NCBI GenBank assembly: GCA_965220045.1
Contig: OZ244803.1
Span: 2,177,585 to 2,241,584 of the forward strand
Reading direction: 5' to 3'
Length of the DNA stretch: 64,000 bases
From: Chloroflexota bacterium
Lineage (GTDB): Bacteria > Chloroflexota > UBA11872 > VXOZ01
The notes under the pieces are model-generated. The model saw only the letters and a program-made list of their open reading frames with translations. It was not told the origin of the DNA and did no database searches. Made by a program: the position numbers and the translations under genes. This document shows, in pieces, positions 44,147-53,673 of the stretch; positions within the stretch are counted from its first letter, which is position 1, and every line of letters starts with the position of its first letter.

Positions 44147-45445
44147 TTACACCGGCGCGGCGAATGCGCCGCAGAGGTCGAGCACATCCTGTTGCACCCG
44201 CCGCAGCGTAGCCTTGTCTTTACGGTTGTGCACCACCGCTGCAATGCCGGCGCCAATGCGCTGCATCTCAGGCACACCCATGCCGCGGGACGTCACGGCG
44301 GGCGAGCCAATGCGCACGCCGCTGGTGACGAAGGCCGAGCGGGTCTCGCGGGGTACCGTATTCTTGTTCACCGTGATATTGGCCTTGGCCAGGGCCGCCT
44401 CTACCACCTTGCCGGACGGTCCTTCCTTGCCAAAGTCCACCACCATAAGATGGTTCTCGGTGCCGCCTGAGACCACGCGCAGACCGTTATCCATCAGGGT
44501 CGTCGCCAGCGCGTCGGCATTTTCAATGACGCTCTCGCTGTACGCCTTGAATTCCGGTGTCATTGCTTCCGCCAAGGCCACCGCTTTGCCGGCCATGATG
44601 TGCATGAAGGGTCCGCCTTGCAAGCCGGGGAAGATGGCGCTGTCCACTTTCTTGGCAAATTCCTCCTTGCAAAGAACGAGGCCGCCACGCGGGCCGCGCA
44701 GCGTCTTGTGCGTGGATGAAGTCACGAAGTGGGCATGCGGCACCGGACTCGGATGGAGGCCCGTGGCGACCAGACCCGCAATATGCGCCATGTCCACCAG
44801 GAACAACGCGCCGACAGCATCGGCAATCTGCCGCAAGCGCGCGAAATCGATGATGCGCGCGTAGGCGGTAGCCCCGCCGACGATCAGGCACGGCTGGCAC
44901 TCGTGGGCAATGCGCTCCACCTCGTCGTAATCGATGAGTTCGGTATCCAGATTCACCCCATAGGGCACGAAGTTGTAGACGAGGCCGGAGAAATTCTTCG
45001 GGTGCCCGTGGGTCAAGTGTCCGCCCTGCGCCAGCGACATACCCATGACCGTATCGCCCGGTTCGAGCATGGCAAGGTAGACGGCGGCATTGGGATTGGA
45101 GCCGGAATACGGCTGGACATTCGCGTGTTCAGCGTCAAAGAGTTGCTTGGCGCGGTCAATGGCCAGTTGCTCGATCTCATCCACAAACTCACAGCCGCCG
45201 TAGTAGCGCCGTCCGGGATAGCCCTCGGCATATTTGTTCGTGAGAATCGAGCCGCACGCCTCGCGCACCGCGGCGCTCGTATAGTTCTCGGAGGCGATGA
45301 GTTCCAGGTGGTCTTCCTGGCGCTGGCGCTCCTTATCAATCCACCGGTACACTGCCGGGTCTTGCTGCGCAAGCCTCTCCAGACCGGTCAACGATTCCTG
45401 TGCTGCCTCTGTGACTAATCCGGCATCCGCGACGATATCGGCCAC
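44147..45445 (-). CDS. glyA: serine hydroxymethyltransferase
   Basis: …[57 protein letters not shown]… and …[15 protein letters not shown]… (PLP-Lys block) are unmistakable SHMT. GTG start at 45445 (exact start uncertain by a few codons). Confidence 0.9.
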   Translation of the reverse strand: MADIVADAGLVTEAAQESLTGLERLAQQDPAVYRWIDKERQRQEDHLELIASENYTSAAVREACGSILTNKYAEGYPGRRYYGGCEFVDEIEQLAIDRAKQLFDAEHANVQPYSGSNPNAAVYLAMLEPGDTVMGMSLAQGGHLTHGHPKNFSGLVYNFVPYGVNLDTELIDYDEVERIAHECQPCLIVGGATAYARIIDFARLRQIADAVGALFLVDMAHIAGLVATGLHPSPVPHAHFVTSSTHKTLRGPRGGLVLCKEEFAKKVDSAIFPGLQGGPFMHIMAGKAVALAEAMTPEFKAYSESVIENADALATTLMDNGLRVVSGGTENHLMVVDFGKEGPSGKVVEAALAKANITVNKNTVPRETRSAFVTSGVRIGSPAVTSRGMGVPEMQRIGAGIAAVVHNRKDKATLRRVQQDVLDLCGAFAAPV

Positions 45446-45748
45446 CTCGCTCTATCCTTTCTTCGAAGTAAGCTCCTGGCTTACACGTGCCGCGCCCACT
45501 GCGGTCGCACGTCAATTGTCTGCAGGTCTGCCATGTGGTCTCATTTCAATCGTAGCACAGGGCTATGCCCTGCGAACCACTTTCGCACCGTGCACCTCCC
45601 TCCTGCGCACGCTCCCATGCGATCGGAAAGTGAATTGAGCGGCTGGGCCGCAATCCCGGCGCGAAAGCAATGCGACGTTGCAATAGTTGGGGTATATTGA
45701 GATGAAGGGTTTTAGACATTCACCGGTCGAAGACAAAGGCGGCGCTGC

Positions 45749-47059
45749 ATGCAGGATGCCGATCGCCCGATAGAGCAAGGGACCGTACAAGTACAACTGG
45801 AGCGGCCGCTCATCTTCGTGCTGACCGCCGGTATCTTGCTGCTTGCTCTGATCTCCGGCATCAACGTCCTCTACTCCTTCCTCTATGCCATGCTCGGCCT
45901 TATCGCTCTGAGCTACTTCTGGACCACGCGAAATATTCGCAACCTCACTGTGGAGCGCCACCTGCTCTCCAAGTGGGCCACGCTCGGCGATGAGATTGTG
46001 GAAAACTTTCGCGTCGCTAATGCCGGCGCGCTGCCCGTGCTGTGGGTGGAAGTGAACGACCACTCAGACGTGCCCGGCTACGAGGCCGGCATCGTCACCG
46101 GCCTCGGCCCGCGCGAGCACCGCGAGTGGAAGTCGCGCGCGGTATGCAGCCGGCGCGGCCTCTATCGCTTGGGGCCGTTGCGTGTGTATACAGGCGACCC
46201 GTTCGGTATCTTTCGCGCCACCAAAGTGCTGCCCGATGAAGCAACCTTTCTGGTATATCCACCGATAACCGAAGTGCCGGGGCTGGCCCTGCCGACCGGA
46301 CGCCAGACGGGGGAATCCCGCTCGCTGCGGCGCGCCTTGCATTTGACCACGGATGCCGCCAGCGTGCGCGAATTCGTGCCCGGCGATGCCTTGCACATCA
46401 TTCACTGGCCTACCACGGCCCGGCGCGGCCGCCTGCAGTCCAAGGAATTCGATATGGAGCCCGGCGGCAGCACGTGGATCATGCTCGATCTCGACCGGGG
46501 CGTCCAGGTAGGCCGGGAGGATGAATCAACGGAGGAATACAGCGTCAAGCTGGCCGCCGCCTTGGTCTACCGGCTGATTCGCGAGCAGAAGTCGATTGGG
46601 CTCATCACCTACGGGGAAGAACACCGCATTCTGCGTGCGAATAAGGGCAGCCAGCACATGTGGCGCATCATGGAGATCCTGGCGGTTGTTCGTGCCCAGG
46701 GTAGAGCGCCGGTTGGAGAGGTATTGTCTGAAGTCACACCGCAAATCCGCGGCAGCATGAGCCTCATCGTCATTACGCCAAGTACGGACCCCGCGTTGGC
46801 GCCGATCCTGGTCAACGTCTCACGCAGGGGCATTCGACCGACGGTCCTGCATCTCGTGCCCCAGACTTTTGGAGACGCCAAACCAAGCGCTCCCTTGCAG
46901 AGTGCGCTGGGTGCCGCCGGCATTTCATACATCGAAATAGAACAAGGGCAGGAATTCCGGACAATTGCCTTGGAAAAGGGAGACGAAGACATACGGCGGC
47001 GCGCGCAGACAGTGGAAACTACCGCGACGGGACGCGTACACGGATTGAGCGCAGGGTAG
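45749..47059 (+). CDS. DUF58 domain-containing protein (vWA-like, BatA/MoxR-partner type)
   Basis: N-terminal 2 TM helices, then the DUF58 signature region …ASVREFVPGDALHIIHWPTTARRGRLQSKEFDMEPGG… (reY.pGDd.r.IhW..tAR…l.vke.e). No MoxR ATPase gene adjacent. Confidence 0.7.
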   Translation: MQDADRPIEQGTVQVQLERPLIFVLTAGILLLALISGINVLYSFLYAMLGLIALSYFWTTRNIRNLTVERHLLSKWATLGDEIVENFRVANAGALPVLWVEVNDHSDVPGYEAGIVTGLGPREHREWKSRAVCSRRGLYRLGPLRVYTGDPFGIFRATKVLPDEATFLVYPPITEVPGLALPTGRQTGESRSLRRALHLTTDAASVREFVPGDALHIIHWPTTARRGRLQSKEFDMEPGGSTWIMLDLDRGVQVGREDESTEEYSVKLAAALVYRLIREQKSIGLITYGEEHRILRANKGSQHMWRIMEILAVVRAQGRAPVGEVLSEVTPQIRGSMSLIVITPSTDPALAPILVNVSRRGIRPTVLHLVPQTFGDAKPSAPLQSALGAAGISYIEIEQGQEFRTIALEKGDEDIRRRAQTVETTATGRVHGLSAG

Positions 47060-47063
47060 CACG

Positions 47064-49529
47064 ATGGCAGACGCCCCATACGCCGACACGACCGCTGAAG
47101 ACAGGCCGAGCCTGCTCGCAACCTTGCTCAGGCACTGGCTCACCATGTTGCTCCTAGCTTCAATGGTCTTGGTAAGCTCCTGGGCTATCCATCAATCGGG
47201 CTGGGCCACCGGCACCGATGCCATTTTCTCAACCGCCTTGATCGGCTTACTCTTTGGCTTTGTCGCCGCCCAATCCCGGTGGAGCACACGGAAGGGCTGG
47301 GCCATCGGTGCAATTGTCGGCATTGCCTATTGCTTCTTGCTCGTCAGCGAAGCCCTCCCACCCGTCGACCGCATGTTTCAGGATGCCCTCGCGCTGATCC
47401 TGAATACCCTGACGTGGATTCTGGGCGCTCTTGGCGGACTCCTGGGCGGACGCGGGGTGCCACAGCCCATACCTCCGGTTGACGCGGCATCCGCCTTCGT
47501 CACAAATGCCAGCGATTTTGGCACTCGCGTGCTCGACTGGACGCGAGCAGGCCTCAGGGGTACCTACTCAGAGGACAACGGCGTATTCGTCTTTTGGATC
47601 ACACTCGTTGGCTGGGCTATCGGCTTTGTCGCGACGTGGGGCTTCTTCCGGCACAACGACGTCTTGATCGCAGCGCTGGTTCCCGGCGTGGCGATGGTGA
47701 TCAACCTGGCGTATTCCGGCCAGGGACGCTGGCCGTTCGTGTTGTTCCTGGCGGCGACGCTGCTGCTCATGGTGCGGCTGAATCTCCACGCGCTGCACAA
47801 GCGCTGGGAGTCGCGCAAGTTGGACTATGCCACCGAAGTCGGTTTGGACGTCCTCATTGCCAGCGTCATCCTGACTACCGCCATTACATTTGTGGCAACC
47901 ATGGCGCCCCGGGTGGGCAGCAATCCCATTTCGGAGACGTTCTGGACAGTATTCGGGGGTGAATGGGCGGAGATCGACAATACGGCCAAGAGGCTGTTTT
48001 CCGGCGTGCAGAATCCGAGCGGAGTCGGCCTGATACTTGGCTCCGACAACCGGCTCTTCAGCGGGCCGCGGCGCTTTAGCCAGCCGTACCGCATGTATGT
48101 CACGACAGATGAGAGGAACTTCAACGGGTACTGGCGCGGCGCCACCTTCGACGCGTACACCGGCTACACCTGGTACAACACCAGCGGCTCACTGCTTGAC
48201 CGGAGAGCCAATGAGGAACCCATACCTCCGCCCCCGGTGAGCTATCGCCGGCCGGCCACCTTCACGTTTCGCATCGTGGATAGCCCGAGCGACATCGTCT
48301 TTGCGCCGGACTACCCAACGAGCATCAACATCCCATACCGCGTGCAGGTAGCATCCACTGACGCGCCGCTCGACTACGACCTGCTGCGAGCGCGGCGTAT
48401 TGCGGTGCCCGACCTGGAATACACCATAGAGAGCCTGGTCACCACCGCAACGGAGGACCAGTTGCTTAATGCCCAGGGTGAAGTGCCCAGGGAGATAATG
48501 CGCTATATGCAGGCGCCCAAGCTGCCGCAGCGCGTGGTGGATCTGACAAAGACGGTTGTGCGCGGGAAACAATCGCAGTATGAAAAAGCCTTGGCGATCG
48601 AGCTGTTCCTGCGGCGCATCCCCTATTCGATTGCCATACCCCCGCCGCCTGCCGACAAGGACGCCGTCGACTACTTCCTCTTTGAGGCGAAACGCGGCTA
48701 TGCGGACTACTATGCGAGCACCATGGTCGTCATGCTGCGCACGGTGGGCGTACCCGCCCGCCTCGCCGTGGGTTTCGCTACCGGACGCTATGACGTGGCA
48801 GAGCGCAGATTCGTCGTAACGGAGAAACAGGCGCATACATGGCCGGAAGTGTACTTCGCGGGCTTAGGCTGGATTCCGTTTGAGCCCAGCCCCAACCAAA
48901 CGCCCATCGACCGCGGCATTCTCGCGTCAGAGATTAGCGGCTCGGCAAACCCTGAGCTCGATGAATTCTATGACGAGCTTGGCGAAGAGGAATTCTTGGT
49001 AACTGGCGCAGCCACCGTCGTTGGCGGGGCTGTTCCCGGAACGACCATCCTCGGGATGGAAGTGCCGAACGTACCCGACCTACGCCCGCTGCTCGCCGTG
49101 CTTGCTGTCGTGATAGCGGGCTGGTTTTGCTATAGCTTTGTCCAAGAGCGGCGGATGAATCCCCATCAGATGGTGCGCCACGTCTACCGCAAGTTGGTGC
49201 GCGCGGGCCGGCTGGCAGGTATCCCCGCCTCCACTGCGTTTACCCCGCATGAGTACGGCTACTTGCTGCTAAGTGATGTGCGCTCGCTTGCCGACAAGCG
49301 CTTCCCCGATAGTGCGGTTCGGAACATCTGTAGTACGTATGCCGAATCGCTCTATAGCGCGCAAGGCATCTCTCCACAGCAAAAGAGTGCGGTGGTAAAG
49401 GCGTGGGGACGATTACGCTGGCGCCTGTACCGTAGGGGGCTGGTTTTGGGCATCAGGCGGCTCATTCCCTTCTTGCGGAAAAAGCCCCGCGGTAGCGGGG
49501 TGGCAAGCAGCGCTGGCGAACCGCAATGA
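47064..49529 (+). CDS. transglutaminase-like (TgpA-type) membrane protein with apparently substituted catalytic Cys/Asp
   Basis: 821 aa. N-terminal multi-TM region. C-terminal transglutaminase-core-like block …KRGYADYYASTMVVMLRTVGVPARLAVGFATG…QAHTWPEVYFAGLGWIPFEPSP… . Aligned to the TgpA core (G-x-C-x-x-F-A…H-x-W…W…D-P-T), Cys is Ala and Asp is Glu. 4 nt after the DUF58 gene. Confidence 0.65.
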   Translation: MADAPYADTTAEDRPSLLATLLRHWLTMLLLASMVLVSSWAIHQSGWATGTDAIFSTALIGLLFGFVAAQSRWSTRKGWAIGAIVGIAYCFLLVSEALPPVDRMFQDALALILNTLTWILGALGGLLGGRGVPQPIPPVDAASAFVTNASDFGTRVLDWTRAGLRGTYSEDNGVFVFWITLVGWAIGFVATWGFFRHNDVLIAALVPGVAMVINLAYSGQGRWPFVLFLAATLLLMVRLNLHALHKRWESRKLDYATEVGLDVLIASVILTTAITFVATMAPRVGSNPISETFWTVFGGEWAEIDNTAKRLFSGVQNPSGVGLILGSDNRLFSGPRRFSQPYRMYVTTDERNFNGYWRGATFDAYTGYTWYNTSGSLLDRRANEEPIPPPPVSYRRPATFTFRIVDSPSDIVFAPDYPTSINIPYRVQVASTDAPLDYDLLRARRIAVPDLEYTIESLVTTATEDQLLNAQGEVPREIMRYMQAPKLPQRVVDLTKTVVRGKQSQYEKALAIELFLRRIPYSIAIPPPPADKDAVDYFLFEAKRGYADYYASTMVVMLRTVGVPARLAVGFATGRYDVAERRFVVTEKQAHTWPEVYFAGLGWIPFEPSPNQTPIDRGILASEISGSANPELDEFYDELGEEEFLVTGAATVVGGAVPGTTILGMEVPNVPDLRPLLAVLAVVIAGWFCYSFVQERRMNPHQMVRHVYRKLVRAGRLAGIPASTAFTPHEYGYLLLSDVRSLADKRFPDSAVRNICSTYAESLYSAQGISPQQKSAVVKAWGRLRWRLYRRGLVLGIRRLIPFLRKKPRGSGVASSAGEPQ

Positions 49530-49630
49530 GGGGCTCGTCCGGTAGTTGCGCCGGCGTCCGGTGCGAGCATCAACGATGGCGAATTAGAGAGCTGACTTGT
49601 GATACGCGAATGTGAGAAAGGAACACGGTC

Positions 49631-49942
49631 TTGGGTCTCAGCGAAATACGCGACATAGCAGTAATTGTACTCGCTTTTGTTTCTGCGCTCATGGCGTTTT
49701 CGGTTGTCTTCTTGGTGCTGGCGGTTGTGCGGCTTGCCGGCACGATTCAGGAGGAAATCAGGCCGCTTCTCAAATCGCTTACTGAAACCAGCAATACGGT
49801 GAAGGGAACGACGCAGTTTGTGAGTGAAGCCGTTGTGCGGCCCACTGCCAAGGCTGCGGGCAGGACTATCGGTATCTTGCGGTTTGCGCAAAGGCTGGCC
49901 GATGCCGTTAGACGCACTCAAAAGAGTAAGCACAAGGAGTAG
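49631..49942 (+). CDS. DUF948-like small membrane-anchored protein
   Basis: 103 aa. One N-terminal TM helix (IAVIVLAFVSALMAFSVVFLVLAVV), then a coiled/helical region. TTG start. Confidence 0.45.
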   Translation: MGLSEIRDIAVIVLAFVSALMAFSVVFLVLAVVRLAGTIQEEIRPLLKSLTETSNTVKGTTQFVSEAVVRPTAKAAGRTIGILRFAQRLADAVRRTQKSKHKE

Positions 49943-49948
49943 TGGCCG

Positions 49949-50146
49949 ATGCTAGGGTTTACCGTCGGATTTGCGGTGGGTGTATCAATTGGCATGGTCG
50001 TTGGCGGCTTGCTTGCCCCCAGTAGCGGCGAGACCTTCCGTGAGAGTATCCGCCGCCAGATTGAAGTAGCGAAACTCGAAGCGGCCCAAGCCGCCAACGA
50101 CACCGAGCAGGAGTTGCTCGCCCGCTTCGAGGAAGCCAAGCAGTGA
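49949..50146 (+). CDS. YtxH-like small protein (65 aa)
   Basis: MLGFTVGFAVGVSIGMVVGGLLAPSSGETFRESIRRQIEVAKLEAAQAANDTEQELLARFEEAKQ: Gly-zipper TM segment + helical tail typical of YtxH/DUF948 partners. 7 nt after the previous gene. Confidence 0.4.
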   Translation: MLGFTVGFAVGVSIGMVVGGLLAPSSGETFRESIRRQIEVAKLEAAQAANDTEQELLARFEEAKQ

Positions 50147-50153
50147 GGCAAGC

Positions 50154-50453
50154 ATGACCCTGGCGCATTGGCGCGACATAGCCATCCTCATTCTCGTCAT
50201 CGAGGCGTTGCTTGGCAGCGTGCTCATCCTCGTACTGACTCTGCTCCTGAGAAGCCTTGTCCGCCGCATGGACGCTGCGCTGCGCGAGGCGTTGCATACC
50301 GGCCAAGCCCATGTGGCTCGTCTTGCCGCGCACACTGATGCGATTTCGCGCGAACGAGTCGTTGATCCGGTGGTGCGAATGCACGCCGCAAACGCCGGCG
50401 CGCGCGCCTTTCTGCGCAGCCTAGCAAAGAACGTGCCGCTTCCCCATCGCTAG
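50154..50453 (+). CDS. small membrane-anchored protein (DUF948-like), 99 aa
   Basis: N-terminal TM helix (IAILILVIEALLGSVLILVLTLLL), then a helical region. Third gene of the small-protein trio. Confidence 0.4.
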   Translation: MTLAHWRDIAILILVIEALLGSVLILVLTLLLRSLVRRMDAALREALHTGQAHVARLAAHTDAISRERVVDPVVRMHAANAGARAFLRSLAKNVPLPHR

Positions 50454-50595
50454 CAAGGCCCCAAGTGTAGGGTGCGCTTGGCGTTCGCTGAGCCGCATCT
50501 TGCCGGATAAGGGACGGGCGCATCCGCGAAACTGCCAAATCGGGGCATGTGTCCCCGGGCCGCTTGAGACCGTGAACCCGGTTGCCGAACGAGCC

Positions 50596-51978
50596 TCAAG
50601 AAAGCTTGTTGTAGGCGTCGAGCGCAGCCACCTTGTAACACTCGGCCAGCGTGGGATAGTTGAAGACGTTTTCCACGAAGAAGTCGAGCGTGCCGCCGAG
50701 TGCCATTGCCGTCTGTCCGATGTGGACCAGTTCAGATGCGCCCGTGCCGAGCAGGTGAACGCCAAGGATTGTCCTTTCGTCGGCGTGAATGAGCAGTTTT
50801 ACCAGACCGTTCGGATCCCCGATTATCTGCCCGCGCGCAATCTCCCGGTAGCGCGCCACACCGATTTCATAGGGAATCCCGGCCTCGCTCAGTTCTTTTT
50901 CGGTCTGCCCGACCATCGAGGTCTCCGGGATCGTGTAAATGCCGTAGGGAAAGAGGTTTGAATTGAATGAGCCGCCTTCACCGAACGCATGACGGGCAGC
51001 GAGCCGTCCTTGCTCCATTGAAGACGCGGCCAGGGCCGGAAAGCCGATTACGTCGCCACAGGCGTAAATATGGGGAACCTCCGTTTGGAATTGATCGTTG
51101 ACCTGCAACCTCCCCCGCTTATCCGCCTCCAGGCCCGCGGCAGCCAGGTTGAGCGTGTCGGTGTTCCCTTGCCGGCCTCCTGCGTAGAGAAGATGATCGG
51201 CCATAATCGTCTTGCGGCTGCGCGTGCGCGCGACGATGCGGCTACCTTCATCGCTGACTTCTGCCACTTCCTCCCGAAACCGAAATGTAATCCCCGCTTC
51301 CCGCATGTGGTACGATAGCGCCTCCCTGATTTCCTCATCGACAAAATCGAGCATTTCGTCTCGCTGCTCGATGAGGGTCACGTCGATGCCTAGCGCCGCG
51401 AAAATGCAGGCATATTCCACACCAATCACCCCCGCGCCGACAATGGCGAGACGCTTTGGGAGATCCTGCAGCATATATACGCCGTCGGTATCGATAATCG
51501 TGCGGGCGTTGAAGGGCACCATCGCGGACCGCGCCGGACGGCTCCCCGTGGCGATGATTACATAGTCCGCCTCTATCTCTTCCGTCTTGCCATCCTCCAA
51601 GTCAACAGCAACGCGGTGGGGGCCGATGAATCCAGCGCTGCCATAAAGGGGAGTCACGCCGTTGCGGGAGAGCTGTACCTCGAGTACGTCGGTCTCATTC
51701 TTGATCACGTGCTCGCACCGGAACATCAAATCGGTGATCGTGATGTCGTCCTTGACCGAGTAGGTAATACCGTAGATGTTGCGCTCAAAGAATCCGGTGA
51801 GATAGAGCACTGCCTGCCGTAAGGTCTTGCTTGGGATAGAACCGGCATTGACCAGATTGCCGCCGACGAAGCGCCGGCGCTCGATTGCGATAACCGACTT
51901 ACCCAGCTTCGCCGCTTGAATGGCAGCGCGGTGGCCGGCCGGGCCGGTGCCAATGACAACCAGGTCTACCTTCTGCAT
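50596..51978 (-). CDS. sthA: soluble pyridine nucleotide transhydrogenase (Si-specific NAD(P)+ transhydrogenase) / flavoprotein disulfide reductase family
   Basis: FAD fold MQKVDLVVIGTGPAGHRAAIQAA… . Blocks …LLYAGGRQGNTDTLNL…, …YGIYTIPETSMVGQTEKEL…, …NYPTLAECYKVAALDAYNKL match E. coli SthA closely (recalled from memory). No CxxxxC redox disulfide (…GGNLVNAGSIPSK…), as in SthA. Confidence 0.75.
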   Translation of the reverse strand: MQKVDLVVIGTGPAGHRAAIQAAKLGKSVIAIERRRFVGGNLVNAGSIPSKTLRQAVLYLTGFFERNIYGITYSVKDDITITDLMFRCEHVIKNETDVLEVQLSRNGVTPLYGSAGFIGPHRVAVDLEDGKTEEIEADYVIIATGSRPARSAMVPFNARTIIDTDGVYMLQDLPKRLAIVGAGVIGVEYACIFAALGIDVTLIEQRDEMLDFVDEEIREALSYHMREAGITFRFREEVAEVSDEGSRIVARTRSRKTIMADHLLYAGGRQGNTDTLNLAAAGLEADKRGRLQVNDQFQTEVPHIYACGDVIGFPALAASSMEQGRLAARHAFGEGGSFNSNLFPYGIYTIPETSMVGQTEKELSEAGIPYEIGVARYREIARGQIIGDPNGLVKLLIHADERTILGVHLLGTGASELVHIGQTAMALGGTLDFFVENVFNYPTLAECYKVAALDAYNKLS

Positions 51979-52070
51979 TCCTCAAACCCTCTCTGCTCGC
52001 ATGGCTCTTTGTCACCGCTCGCGCAATGGTGAGCCGTCAGTGGGCGTAAACAGCCGTCTGCCTGGAGGAC

Positions 52071-52113
52071 GGTTTTGAATGACTGTTTAGACTTGACTGC
52101 GTTCGAATCCTGT
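52071..52113. promoter_or_regulatory. Perfect 12-bp inverted repeat GACTGTTTAGAC-N19-GTCTAAACAGTC (candidate operator), upstream of sthA (minus) and within the long NYN-gene leader
   Basis: Arms are exact reverse complements. The 14-mer TGTTTAGACTTGAC (52075-52088) is repeated verbatim at 15955-15968, just upstream of the PspC-gene RBS. Confidence 0.4.
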
Positions 52114-52956
52114 CTAAACAGTCTCACTCTCTAAGTATACCTTCTCTATAAAATACCGCAGCCTCTCCGGCAACTGCGGGGCGACCATCTACCAGTTCAT
52201 TAAGTTCGCAGCGGCCATCACGCACCCCCGCCGGGGGGATTAAGATGCCAACACTGCCATAGTGCTTCAATGCCTTCCGCGACGGCTCCTCCCGGCTTCG
52301 GCAACACACTGCCGGACAGGGAACACGCTTAACGCTCGTGGCGGGAGATGCCTACATCCAACCTCGCATGCAACCGTTGAGACTGCCTGATCGGCATTGC
52401 CCCGCCGGTCTAATCGCCTCCTCACTAGCCATTGCCTGGTAGCCCTGATATACTAATGAAGTCTAGCAACGCCTTCCTTTCAGCCATTTCCCCGGCTTTA
52501 TGTCTTGCGTATCAAGCTATCCCGGTTGGTCTCAGCCGCTCGCGTCCGCACAATGTACACGTTTCCCGATTGCCCCGTTCTTCCAAGCCTCAGCCGTGCT
52601 TTTATTTTTTCAAGGCTGAGGTACACTCGCAAAGCCTGGAAGCGCGGGGGTGACTTGAGCGCTTCGGATCGAAACCAATCACACTGCGAGGAAGTGTCGT
52701 GAGGTGACACGTGCATCAATTGCCGGATTTCACCGAATACTCCGCCGCTTGTTTCTCCAGCACACACTTGTCTCTATAGACCGCATTCCAGCCAATTGCC
52801 GTTAGTCCGAACCCCCGTTTCTCACTCGAACACAATTCGCCATTGCCAAATCACTTGCAGAGGCGCGCCGTACCTCACCATTCGCCCCGGAAATTGTCCC
52901 CTCCAATCCAAAGCCAACGTTCCCCGTCACAGTTCTTGTAGCGAGAGGTGCTTCCC

Positions 52957-53670
52957 ATGAATGCAAACGATCTAGAACGACCCCCTGTTGAAACGGAGCA
53001 ACTCGGGTTTCCCCCCTACTTTGAAAAAGTGGCTCTCTTCATTGACTTGGGAAACCTGTACTTTGCAGCCCGCAAACTCAGCATCCGGGTCGACTATACC
53101 CGCATGGTAGAGGTCCTTTCAAAGGGCCGGCGCCTATTGCGCTCCTTTGCCTATGCCGGCGTTGATCCGCAAAACCCGGAGTCCCAGGGCTACCTGACGT
53201 GGATGAAACGCCATGGCTTCCGAGTTGTCACGAAGCATCTTCGCCGCTTCCCTGACGGCACTGTGAAGGCGAACCTCGACGTAGAATTGGCGATAGATAT
53301 GCTAATGATCGCTCCGCACATCGATACGGCCGTGCTCGTCTCCGGAGACGGAGATTTCGTCCGCTTGGTGGAAGCCGTGCAATTCAAGGGAGTCCGGGTC
53401 GAAGTCGTCGGACTGGCGGAAATGACCGCTATGGCGCTCATCGACGTGGCCGACACCTTCACGGAACTCTCCGAGTTGGTCCCTGTGATCCAGATGGCCA
53501 TGCCGCCAAACGGTTCTCGCGCGGCTGGCTCCGAACATGCCGCCGCACCGCTGTCTCCCGCAGACTCCAACTCCTTCGGCGCCTACGACAGGCCGTCCGC
53601 GGCGCCGGAAGCAACCCAGGAACAGAAGAGCAGCCAGTACTATCCGCGAACACACTACGAGGGTAAGTGA
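52957..53670 (+). CDS. NYN-domain (LabA-like, PIN-related) protein
   Basis: …KVALFIDLGNLYFAARKL…, …AVLVSGDGDFVRLVEAVQFKGVRVEVVG… are the NYN/LabA hallmark blocks (D…N…SGDgDF). Low-complexity Pro/Ala/Ser C-terminal tail. ATG 52957 with GAGAGGTG upstream. Confidence 0.7.
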   Translation: MNANDLERPPVETEQLGFPPYFEKVALFIDLGNLYFAARKLSIRVDYTRMVEVLSKGRRLLRSFAYAGVDPQNPESQGYLTWMKRHGFRVVTKHLRRFPDGTVKANLDVELAIDMLMIAPHIDTAVLVSGDGDFVRLVEAVQFKGVRVEVVGLAEMTAMALIDVADTFTELSELVPVIQMAMPPNGSRAAGSEHAAAPLSPADSNSFGAYDRPSAAPEATQEQKSSQYYPRTHYEGK

Positions 53671-53673
53671 GCG

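Noticed and set aside
45446-45748. Calling the glyA leader a ZTP riboswitch as a feature
   Set aside because: The resemblance to the pfl/ZTP consensus is partial and recalled from memory. Without a covariance-model search I keep it only as a hypothesis in findings.
52083-52113. tRNA-like T-loop sequence GCGTTCGAATCCTG
   Set aside because: The flanking bases do not form a T-stem or acceptor stem (ctgcg / cctgt are not complementary). The TTCGAA core is simply the centre of the spacer of the GACTGTTTAGAC inverted repeat. No cloverleaf can be drawn.
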